Below, piece by piece: positions 25,250-36,510 of a stretch of DNA of 64,000 nt (its first letter is position 1; every line of letters starts with the position of its first letter). The DNA is from the human T2T-CHM13v2.0 reference genome, Homo sapiens. Position numbers and translations under genes: made by a program. A model generated the notes under the pieces. That model had not been told where the DNA came from and searched no databases. It saw nothing but the letters and a program-made list of their open reading frames with translations. The DNA is taken from NCBI RefSeq assembly GCF_009914755.1, contig NC_060934.1. One strand, written 5' to 3'.

Positions 25250-25985
25250 CTCCACGCTCCAGCCCGGCCCAGCTGCCCCGAGGTTAGAGAGCTGAGGACC
25301 GCTTACGGCAGGCCAAGGGGGCGGGATCAGCCCAGCCCTCGGAGGCAAACTCAGCCCAGGGAGCGCGGAGCCCCCAGGCCAGCTGGGGGGCACATATGGC
25401 AGTGTCACCGGCTCCTCACCTGTGTCCACAGGTATCCAGGCTCCGGAGCTTTCTCACGGTGAAGGTGATTGAGTGAGCCGCCGAGCGGTGGGGACAGAAA
25501 TCTTTGAGTGAGGAGCACTGTTCCAACATGGTATTGAAATCATTCGTCTGGAGTAAAACGCTGGCCTCTTTCTGGGCACGGCAGGGCCTAGAGCGACAGG
25601 ACCTGCACTCTCTGAGACCGCCCTTGGTTCTCAGAAAGTGCGGGGCCGGGGGCCCCATCACCGGGAGGGGTGCTGCCCTGAAATGCTCTTTGCAGAAAGT
25701 TTCAGCCGTAACAAATGAGCACGCACCGCGCACCAGATCGCGGACTCCGGGATGGTGCCTGGAGGTGAGCAGATCTTCCTTCGCCGCACAAGCTGGAACA
25801 GACACACGGCACCTCCGAGGACATGCATGAACTGAGCGAAACGTCATCGTGGGATGGCAGCGTCTTGCTCCTGCACGCGGCACACACACCGCAAGGACTG
25901 AGGACTTTCTTTGAAACACCGCTTTTGAGTTCTGAACCACTGTGTTGAACAGAACGCCCACTTCCCGCCTCCCCCTCCCCCAGTC
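25250..25985. promoter_or_regulatory. CpG-rich, island-like segment
   Basis: Visibly high CpG and GC density relative to the flanks, and a GGGGCGGG box near 25317. CpG observed/expected not computed. Confidence 0.45.
25420..25870 (-). pseudogene. Candidate 451-nt exon with a fully open frame (block B), in CpG-rich DNA
   Basis: Acceptor ccgcgtgcag|G at 25871/25870 and donor CAG|GTGAGG at 25420/25419. The 217-aa ORF stops exactly inside the donor. Confidence 0.55.
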
Positions 25986-28435
25986 TCTGGCCCATGCTGG
26001 CCGCATCTCACACAGATGCCCTTCCCTCTTCCACCATCTGCGAGGCCCTCCGCCTTCAGTCTGTCTCACGTCCCAGGTGGGTCTGCTCTTGTCCCCTTGA
26101 ACCCCAATACCCTGTTCCTACAGTGGACACCTCATTAACTCTTCCAGGTACAAATCTCTCCTCTCTGCTAGAGAGCAAGACCGTGTGGGTCCCACGGCCA
26201 CCAGGACAGAAGTTATCCCTACAGAAGATTCAATGAGAGGATGTGGATTCCTTGCCACTACTAGAAAATATAGTGCCAAGTCCCACATCAGAAGTCTCGT
26301 GGGTGAAAACGCTTTTTCACAAGGAATTACAATATGTCACAGTGAAAAAACGTTTTCCAAGATTCAGCTAGGTGAGCAAAGTGAAGGCTGAATGCAAACC
26401 AGAACCATATTGTAGCCCTCCTGACATTTCCAAAATAGTGACCAATAAAAGTTGCTATTTATGCGTGCCCTACTGGTGACACTATTAAATCTTTTGGCTG
26501 CACTGTTCGGGGAAGGTTACAGGCTGAAAGCAGTGTGAATTGGAACCGTGTCTAAATTGGAATTTTTATCTGGCACCATTTGGCTTAAACTTGGATTGCT
26601 AACCTTCAGGATTTACTCATACTGGAATTATTCAACAGGGGGCTCACTGCTGTGTGGCATTTTTTTAAAAGTGTGTATGAAAAGAGAAAAACTTGGGCAT
26701 GCTGCCGACACATACATTAGGTTTGGAAAGGGCTGTTCTCCCAACGTGGGGGATAAAAAGGAGACCTAATTTATTAGCATTTCAAAAATTGTTGCCGCCG
26801 CAGAACGGGTAAACAAGGCAATTGTGATTAATCTGAACTGAAAAGCCACATTTTGTTTATTAGATCTCTAAACCATCCAAGCTACATTTTTTGTAATAGT
26901 TCAGATTTTTTTCTCCCCCACTACCCTTCAGAAGTGACAGAGAAAAATCTCTTTCTTGGCTGAAGTAATCTCAAATAAATTAATATCATTTTTCATATAA
27001 ATTTGTTTGGGGAAACTTGAAACTGTAGCATAACCTATTGATTTCATTATTTGAATTAAGTTCAAGAAATCCTACAGCTGTTTGCTGTCAAAATTTAAAC
27101 CTACTGTCCATTTTCAGCTAGACACTTAATATACATTTCATCTGGTGGCCCAATAATGTTTTAATATAAAAGTACATGCTCATGAAACATATGCTCAGGG
27201 CTCCTCTGAAGCTTAATAGCAACAGAAGGGGTAACAATTAGCAGTTTTGTTTTCCTGGGTATACGTGGTCCAAGTTGAAAGTTTTTCCTGGGCTGCTTCC
27301 AAAAAATTTTGTTCCTCATTTCTTGACCTTTTTGGAGTTTGGAATCAATGAACCACATTGCCTTCCATGAGAGTGTCAAGCGTAGAATAAAAAATTGCAT
27401 CACATCATTTTTCATCATGGCCAGATGAGGTCTGAGTGGAGGAACAAGGAACAGGAAAGAGTGAACATCTGAAAAATTGGCTCTGCAAGCTGGAATGTGA
27501 TTCTGCTCTAAGGGGCCACTTTTTTTTCCCTTTCTTTCCAGAACGGGCAGGTTGTAGACAGATCTGGGTCTTAGCCTGCCACCCCAAGGGCCCCAGTGTC
27601 AAGAAATAGTGATAGAACACTGTTCATTTATGCAACATATGTAACACATATAGCAAATTATTAATAGCTCAATATGCCAATCTGCCACTGTGCATTTTTG
27701 ACATAGTAGGGGCCAGAAGCACGGAAGTTTTGCAGCTCAGAAATGAAAATGGTGCTCCCGATGAAAATTAAACGCAGGTGCTTTGAGTTTGTGTATTTGA
27801 AAGCAAACATCACTAGCTTTTTTGGGGGGAGGGGGTCAAAAAGTTGCAATGCTTCCAGCTCAACTGAAAGGTTAATAGAGCTAATCTCTTGTGGATATTG
27901 GCATCGGTATTATTTATGTCATATTGTGTCACTTAATGCTAATTTCTGTGATGCTAACAGTTCTGTGAAGAGGCAATTATGCCTCTTACGGCGACGAGGG
28001 ATGCTGCTGAGGAACAGAGAGTGGAAGCCACATTGCTTACAAAAGAAACAAAACCGAAGCCAAGGCATGGATCAGAGTCCCCAGCAAGCAGGAGCTGCTG
28101 TGTAGTCACCACATGCCACTCCCCTCATTATTAGCCACCACTTGGATTCACGGAGACAACTTCCCTCTCTCCATTGCAAACTTTCATCTTGTTTTTTCTT
28201 TTCTTTTTATTTAAATCAATAACAAAATCTTCTGTTCATTGCTTACCAATGAACACACAAAAAGCTTCCCTTTGTCTAGACTATCGCCTGTCTGAATTTC
28301 TGAACCGTCAGCCTCCTGTGTCCCTGCAGGGCTCCAGTTCCAGCCTCTGTTTCAGAGCCACTTTGCTCAGTGTCTGCAGGCTGGAAGGGCGTGTTTGAAC
28401 TCTCTGCCAGGATAGGTTAGCTACTTCCCCTTGAC

Positions 28436-29135
28436 TTTATTTTATTTATTTTTAAAACTACTTTATTAAAATATGATTGTCATATAAAAAGTTGTAGATA
28501 TTTAATGTATAAAATGTGATGTGTTTGGGATAAGTGCACGGCTATGAAACCCTCAACACAATCAAGGCCATAACCTACCTTTCACCACTGGAGGAAGTTT
28601 CTTCCTGCTTCCTTTATTTTTATGTTTTAATTCTTTGATTTTTAAAAAATTTTGTGGTAAGGGCACTGAGTACAAGGTCTACCACCTTAGCAAAATTTTA
28701 AGTGTACCTACAGACCCTGTGTTGTATAGGAGATCTTAGGACTTTTTCATCCTGCATAACTAAACTTGGAGCCCTTGAACCAACATCTCCCCATTTTCCC
28801 CTCCCCCAACATCTGGTAAACACTATTCTACTCTCTGATTCAATGAGCTTGACTATTTTGGATACTACGTAAAAGTGAGATCTGCAGTATTTGTTCTTCC
28901 GTGCCTGGCCTGTGTCACCCGGCACAATGTCCCCCAGGTCTGCCCATGTTCCTGCAAAGGCAGCGTCCCCTTCTTTTTTAAGGCTGAATCATAGTCCACT
29001 GAATGGATGAATCACATTTGATTTCTCCATTCACTCATCCACAGACCCTAGTTGTTCCTGTATCTTGGCTACTGCGATTGATGCTGAAATGAACATGGGG
29101 GTACAGAAATCTCTCTGAGATTTAAGTTCTTTACC
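28436..29135 (-). mobile_element. L1MB1/2-like 3' end
   Basis: T-rich tail, tttgtggtaagggcact...ttagcaaaattttaagtgtac...ctattctactctctg...aaggctgaat. Confidence 0.88.
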
Positions 29136-30935
29136 TTAAGGGAACTACTCCAAGGAGCTTGGGGCTGGGGAGATGAGAATGTGTGTGTGGGGGGCAGGGA
29201 TGGGGGCATCACAAGTTCGCACACTTGATCCTTACTCAATTCCCAAGTCCTGCTCTCTGCTGGGCCTGTGCTAGGAGCCAGAACTTCAGGGATGAACCCA
29301 GCACCTGCCTGCAAACCACAGTTCTGCAAGGCAGGCAGTGGAGCGATGGGACAGAGGAGGGAGGCATGCTTCCCGCTCGCAATGAGGGCGTTTCATGAAA
29401 ACGATTCCTGCGCCTTCTTCTTGTCCCTTGCCATAGCTGCTTAGTGCTCCCAACTGCCTGTAGGGCCAGTGGGGTTTGTCGCTCAGGGGTAGAAAGGCAG
29501 AGCTGGGTAATGTCCAGTTCCGGTCATGCACACAGGAGACGAGGCGGCCAGGCAAGAGATTTGCCAGCAGAGGGCCATGGGAAAGGATGTGTTGTCCCTT
29601 CCCCTTAGCCATTCAAATGCAGCTCAGGGGCCTCATCCTGGCTGTGAGGGCAGTGGCCCACCCGCTCACGACAAGGCCGAACCATCTCCGTGGCAGGAGA
29701 GAAGATGGCAAAGGGCGAGAAGAAGGAAATGCTGCCCTTTCTCTGGCTCTGAGGCTCGGATGGGGAGAGGAGGCCAGAGAGCAAGTTAAGCAGATCTTTG
29801 TCTTAATTACTGGGAAAAGTTCAGGGACCTCAAAGGTGGGGTTCTGCTCTCTGTTCTGTTGGAGACACCAGGAGGCCGCTGCAGGGGACAGCCTGGCATA
29901 TCCACTGGCTTCAAGCACCAGACTCTGGGCAGCTGATGGAGCTGACTCACAGGCAAAGAAGGCACAATGCCCTGGAGGTCACAGCCATTGCCAGGGACAC
30001 GCCCGATGCCCCAGTCTTCCTACCACCCCCATCTACAGGCCCCTGGGAAGGAGGAAGAGGCAAAGGTGGGGGACACCTGGACCATTCTCCAAGAGAACCA
30101 GAACCACCTACAGAGATCCTTTCAATCACCGGGTCTGAATAAGCCGAAGGCCAGACTTATTTAGCTACGTTTTTTTTTTTTCCCTACCAATCAATAGGCA
30201 GGTGGCGATGAGCAAAGCTGGATTAGTGGGGAAAAAAAGAGGATTTTATGTTTCTCTTCACATGAGTTATAATTCATCCAATTCTTGGAAAGCTTCACAG
30301 TCAAGCAAATTGTGGGGTTGGGTTGTTCACTATGTTTCCCCACTAATGGTGTAGAATTGGCCAAAATGGAAGGCGGCTGTCTTAGGAACAAGGCCAGCAC
30401 CCACGGAACACATGAGTGCAAGTGTTTTCGGTGGTGACAGCCAAGGTTAGGGGCTCCCCTGCATGACCAAAGCTATGAGGATGGGGCATTTAGTTTAAAT
30501 GTGCATGGAAACCTCCGTGGCTGGACACCATAAGGGGCACGGAGGAAAAGCAAAGCTACCAAGTCCTGAGAAGATCGTGGCCTAGGGTGGGAGAAAGGCG
30601 TTCAGGGAGAGGTTCCCTCTGGCTGCCTCTGAAAAACATGGGGTTTTCTTAAATTTAATGAAAGCGTTCATTTCATTAGCATATTACATAACACGATTTA
30701 CTTGAATGTATTGCTTGCATTTTTAACATTGTTCTTTCTTCTTTTTCCTTTATTTTTGCTGGTTTAATCAATTACTAGTCACTCCTGTCCCTCTTGTTAG
30801 TTGGGCATTTTACTGTGCATTTTGGTTCCATTCTTGGGCACCTCCCGTCCCAGCCTCTACTCCCATCAGCCACGCTGGGCCAGGGCCTGAGCTAAGTCGA
30901 TCCCCTCATCAGGCTTCTTTGTTCCAGGCCTTCGG

Positions 30936-31331
30936 TGACAAAATTTCTTTGCTTGGCCAAACTTTAGTCATGCTCTTGAAGCTTCTCCTAGGCCCATCCA
31001 TGTAATTCCTTGTACAATTTAGTTTTTGGGAAGAACACTGCTAAGTCAGTTTGTCAAGAAACCCCAATCCACAGGCATCTGATCACTCTCGGTGATATCT
31101 GAATCTCTAGTCAGAATCTCCCGTAGCCCTGATGTCTCCTCTTTAGTCATTTTCCGTACACTGACCCTCATCCTGTCCTTGGCTATAGATGCTTACTGGC
31201 CCATGCTCTATTCAGAGCTGAGCCCAGTCACTGCAAAATCCCATTGCCTTGGTCCCTGTACCTATGGAGATGGTCCTGAAGAGAGTCTCCTGTTCTTTAA
31301 CAAGTGACATTGAGTAATTGTTTCTTTAATA
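30936..31331 (+). mobile_element. MER31 (ERV1) solo LTR
   Basis: tgacaaaa...ttggccaaactttagtca...ctgctaagtcagttt...gatgtctcctctttagt...ccttggctata...ctttaata. 4-bp flanks tcgg/ctgg. Confidence 0.85.
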
Positions 31332-31334
31332 CTG

Positions 31335-33915
31335 GTTGGCTTCCGGCAGTGGGGAGCACCAGCTGGAGAGTGGGTGTGAGGCCACCACATCCCCCCTGCA
31401 GCTCCCAGCGCCATTTGAATACTTTGAGGAAAGATCTCAGCTCCTGCCGGGAAGGCCCCTGCACAGGCTGATGACCCTGCTCTCCTGACTCTTTCTGACT
31501 CTTTTTCCGGCGAACCCTGCCACCTCCTCCTTCAGGCCTGGGCCGGGGAGCAGCCTCAGAGTTGCTGATCCCTGGGATGCTGCAAGGTCCCTGCTTGTCT
31601 CTTGGTAAATGTTTCTCAAAGTTCCCACTTGGACTGTGCCCCTTGGCTCCTGCTGACGCTGGCTGAGAAAGCTTCCCTTCTTTGGAAACCATCATCGAAC
31701 AAATATTTCTATTAGAAGATGTCAAAACAGAGTCTAAATCCTTCTCCCAAAAGATACTCTATTCCTCCATTTCTGCCTGCTAACTCTCAATTGTTTTCCC
31801 TGCCCTCTTTTCCCCAGATGAGGCCCTGGGAATGGCTTTATTTCCCCCTCCACGGCCCACATGCACTCCTAGGTTTGCTGCGGTGACTTATTACTTTATT
31901 TTGAGTTTATTATAAGGAATTGTTTTGCACGGCGTCCCTTCTGTTCTCAGAAGCTTGTGGGCCTCCAGACAACTTTCCCACATTCATTTACATTTAACCA
32001 CATATTGCAAGAGGCGCCAAGTTGCGGTTTCTTTCTGCTTCACCATTTTCTGTTTTGAGATCCCAGTTTTGATACATTCATTTGAACACAAACTTCTTTT
32101 AAATTAACAGTTAAAAGAGTTACTTTGGATCAGTGAGTGTCATGTTATTGTTCACAGTCTCCTAGAAAGATACTTCTGGGCAGCTCACAATAGAGCTTCA
32201 GCCTTGAATCAGTCCATTTCTTATTTTTTTTAGAACTACCAAGTTAGACAATTCTAACTGTGGACCATATATTGTTGGGAACTATCAAACTTTTTATGAC
32301 TCTGAACATTTGGTTTGAATGTGGACCCCAAAATAATGGAAACATTTCTCGCCGAAGACCACAGTTGCTCTGCCTGCCAGTGACTTTTGGTGTATGTATT
32401 TGACTCAACAGCTGGGAGGCAGAATTATCTTTCAGTTTGAGAGATAATCTTGAATAGCATCTTAATCCATTGTTTGGTTGCATTTGAATCTGACAAAAAC
32501 TTTCTTATACTCTTTTTCAGCATTTGGCTGAAGTTCTGAAGGATTCCCAATACCACATAATCAATTTCTTTTTTCAGTGTGTGATAAAATTATCAAGTAT
32601 TACAAAAGGTAAACTCCAGTGATTAATGTGTTTGGGTCACAGTTTGATCTTTAAAAAAAATCACTGCTACTCGAGCTCGCAAATTCAGACTCATATTTCC
32701 ATCCTTAAATGCCAGGTTCAGGCAATTCAAGAAACCAAATATTTTGCTGAGCTATGCCCCTGGAGTAAGCTGCTCAAAGAGACTTCAAGCATCATCAAGG
32801 CGCGCAGACGTATTTTAATGCCTCCCATGTCCAAGTAGTTCCTTAGCCTCTCCCCCTGTTCTTCAGAGAATTTTCCTGTGCTAAAGCTTCACCTTATGCA
32901 CTCGTTGCTGAAAGGGTGCTGGGCACCCTCCGCCCTGGGCACATTCACAGTGCACAGTCCTGGGGTCAGTAGCATATGGCTGATTGAGGGGCCTCTGTGA
33001 ATGACCCAGGTCTGAACTGGTGTCAGGTGCAGCCCAGCGCTGCTCAGGTGCAGTAAGACCACAAATCTCCCAGAAAAATAGACTTTTCAACCTCACCACA
33101 GTTCACAACATAATTATTAACTAAATTAAAAGTATCCCATCTCATAGCTTAGATTTGCTGTGATAGTGTTCAACTATCTGAAGGCCATGAACACTTCTCA
33201 TGCGCATTGAACCATGCATTCCTGCTCTCCATGGTTTCGTTCACGTGCAAAGCAGAGATGCAGCACAAGTGCACACACACCTGCAGAGGCACGTGCACAC
33301 ACCTGCACATGCCCCGGAAGCTTCCCCGACCCAGGCTGCCTTCAGTGCCACACCATGGCAGCCACCCCATTGGTGACAAATAGTGCCCACAGTCCCTTCT
33401 ACTTCTCCTGTTATGACCTTCCTGGCTGCTTATCCAAGTGCTCCTGCAGAATGTGTACCTGGGATCCTTTCCTTTCAAAATGCAGGGTGTGATTTTGAAG
33501 GCGGGTTTTGATTTCTCCTCTTCCTTTAACAATAAAATCATCAGTTTTGTACTGTTTGCTCTCATATTCTGTCTAATTTGAACTTGGCCTCGAAAAGCTC
33601 GAGGTATTTACCGGCGGGGCCGCTGTGTGTTGATGAGAATCGTCTCCGTGCTCACTTTGCCATTTCCTAACTGGCCATGGAGTAGAGAGCCCAGGAGGGC
33701 GACTTCCTCCAGGCCAGGCCTTCCAGTTTTGAGGACGATTCCTGCACGCCTGCCACTGACAATTGTATTCTTCAGTGGTGATCGCTACCCAAGATTCCCA
33801 CTTGGATCTTCTTTCTGTATTTTCACTCCTTACCGTCGTCTTTTATGCTGTTTCCTCAGGTTTTAGTTTTAGGTTTAGTTTTAGACTTCAGTGAAACACC
33901 TGTTGATTCACTTTT
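31335..33915 (-). pseudogene. Candidate decayed very large coding exon or exons (block A)
   Basis: Same-frame open runs 33842-33576 (89 codons) and 33572-33414 (53 codons). 32483-32148 has one stop. 32139-31335 has 6 stops in ~268 codons, the last ~141 open. No recognisable interspersed repeat inside. Confidence 0.6.
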
Positions 33916-34204
33916 TAAAAATGGTTTTACTTCCACACAGTACTACAACACACATGCCGGCCTAATTAACATAAATGCTAACTTCTAACCTGAAGTTATG
34001 GGGGAGAAAACAAACTACATGAAGTGAATGTTACCAAGACGGACTGTATCCTTGCAGCGCTGTGCAAACTCCAAGAATGCAAAGGGATTACCATGAAGTC
34101 CTAACTATTCTAACAGTTCATGTTTGTGAAATGGACACAAATAAAGTAGTGTGATTGATTGCTTCTTTCTTCAGAAACCACAATTTTGTAACCACTGGGA
34201 AAAC

Positions 34205-34884
34205 TGTATTAGTGTTCTCCAGAGAGACAGGGTACACACATTCATATCTATATATATGCGTATATATACATACACATGTGTACACGAATATATGCATGTG
34301 TGTATCTCATATGTCTATATGAGATAGGTTTTAAGAGGAGAATTGGTTTGTGCAATTACAGAGGCTGAGAAGTCCCACAACAGGCACTTTGCAGACTGCA
34401 GATGTATGTAGCACGGCTCAGTCCAAATCCTAAAACCTCAGGGAAGTCCATGGTGTAACTCTCAGACTGAGATCACAGGCCTGAGAACCTGAGAGGCCAC
34501 TGGTGTTGAGTCCTGGAGTCCAAAGGCAGGAGAGAATGTCTCAGCTCTGAGAGAAGGTGTAAGTCCTGGAGTCCAAAGGCAGGAGAGAATGTCTCAGCTC
34601 TGAGAGAAGGTGTAAGTCCTGGAGTCCAGATGTGTAAGTCCTGGTATCCAAAGCCAGGAGAGTGTGTCTCAGCTCTGAGAGAAGCGGGTGGGGAGCAGGA
34701 AATTTTGCCTCTCTCTTTTTGTTCTGTCTGGGCAGTCAGCCAATTGGACGGTGCCTGCTCACCCTGTCTTAAATGCCAATCTCCTCTGGAAACACCCTCA
34801 CAGACATACCCCAAAATCATGCTTTGCCAGTTCTTTAGCTATTCCTTAATGCAGTCAAGTTGACCCATAAGACTAAGCATCACA
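34205..34884 (-). mobile_element. MLT2B-like (ERVL) solo LTR
   Basis: tgtattagtgttctccagagagacag...gaggctgagaagtcccacaa...ggaaacaccctcacagacatacc...cagtcaagttgac...catcaca. Confidence 0.9.
34502..34683 (+). repeat. 53-bp tandem repeat (about 3.4 copies) inside the MLT2 LTR
   Basis: Unit ggtgtaagtcctggagtccaaaggcaggagagaatgtctcagctctgagagaa starts at 34502, 34556, 34609 (partial) and ~34632 (diverged). Confidence 0.92.
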
Positions 34885-36314
34885 GGATCTACAGGACACA
34901 CAGTGAGAGGCGCTGAGAGGCTGTGTGTCCCCAGCACCCCTGCACCATCCAGCCTCAGGTCTTGCCTCTCTGGTTTGGGCCATCTTTAAGCCAGCCTGTA
35001 GGACTCTAGGGTCCAGGAAGCCACAGCTGGCCCTGGGATTTCTGAGGCCCACTCTACTGCTTGAGGACCGGCAGTGCCAACTCCATCTCTGAGGCCAGAT
35101 AAAGTTGCTTAACTATTCCCAGCTATCAAATATTACTCAGCCCCGAATGTTTGCTCTTGTACTGAACTCCTCCTGATAGAATATCACTTCCTGGATGAAT
35201 TTTATAACAGCCACTCAGGGTTCCCTCAAACGATGTCTGCGGCTTTTATTCCACTTGATCAACTTTCCCTAGTTAAATCTAAAGCAAAAACTGCAAACGA
35301 TCTGAAACTTAAATAAATATGAGTATGTTTCAATATCATTGCTGTTCTGTGGATAGAAACAAAAATTACAATATTGTTATACTAAAAACTGTGTTTGCCT
35401 AAATGCTTTGGACCTATCCTCAATGGCCTGGAGTCTTAGGTTTTTCTTTTGAATTACAGATAGAATTGGAAATGTGTTTTTTATATTAAACAGTTTCCAG
35501 GAAAAAAAAAATATGTGTTCTTGCAAATCTGAAGCCACTGTGGCATTGCCAACATCATTAGAATCATCTAGAGAAAGCCAGAAATACTTTCCCAGCATGC
35601 TTCTCCCCTTCCTCCCCCATCTCCAGAGCCCTGAGTTCTGTTCCTCCTCAGTCCTTGACCCTACTAGGCCACCCAGAGATGTCTCTCCACATGGCTGAGG
35701 CCTGCAACCCAGGCTCTGAGCAGGGAGAAACAGGCTGCAGAGAGGAGAAATGCCCCTTCAGGATGAGGTCACGGGACAACCCTGACTTTGGCTAGAGAAG
35801 AGGAAGAAGGGGGAAAGATGGAAGTGGTTGGTAAGGGGCTGAAAGGAAGGGGAGATGTGGAATCAAGGAAAGGCCAGGGAAAGTCTCAAGCTCATCAGAT
35901 CTGGTCACCATCCGGGAAACCCAGGCAGTAGGGCATCCATCAGGACTCTTGAGAGTGGGAGAAGACTCAGAATCCATGGGTTCTGGATCCTGCCTGGGTT
36001 TTCTATGACACATTATCCGGTTTGTCCAAAACACATGTTTTATTACACAAGAAAGAAAAACTTTGGCTGAATTGTTTGAATTATTAAGGCTCAGTCCAGC
36101 AGTTTTCAAGGGCTTTTGAACTTAGATTCTTTTACAGTTTTATAATCCCTTTCTTTTGGAAACCTCTCTGCATTTTCTCCCGGTGTAGAGGCATAAAGGA
36201 TTGCCATTCCAAGATGTTTTTATGACAAGGTGATTTCCTCCTGGAGTTTGAGGTAAATTATGAGGTTGAAAATCTTGTTGGGTCATGAAAGCTCTAATAT
36301 TTCATATTCATATA

Positions 36315-36510
36315 TAGTACTTCACAATGTTCAAACTCCATTGCATCCCTTTTCTCATTTCACCCTCCCAAACACTTGAGGGGAGGCGGGAAACATCATC
36401 TTTCTTTGCTCGGTAGATAAGAAACTGAAACTCACAACAGCCAGGTGCCTGGCCAAGGTCCCACAGGGACAGGACTTCTGTTTCTGGGGTCACTGCTCTT
36501 CCCACTAGCA
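36315..36510 (-). mobile_element. MIR SINE
   Basis: tctcatttcaccctcccaaacac...agataagaaactgaaactca...ctggccaaggtcccacag. Confidence 0.7.

Noticed and set aside
27968-27987. Hairpin AAGAGGCA-atta-TGCCTCTT
   Set aside because: An 8-bp stem is expected about once per loop size in 64 kb.
29476-30138. 220-aa plus-strand ORF, the longest in the track
   Set aside because: TTG start, GC-rich, no domain and no splice context. It overlaps the minus-strand candidate frames.
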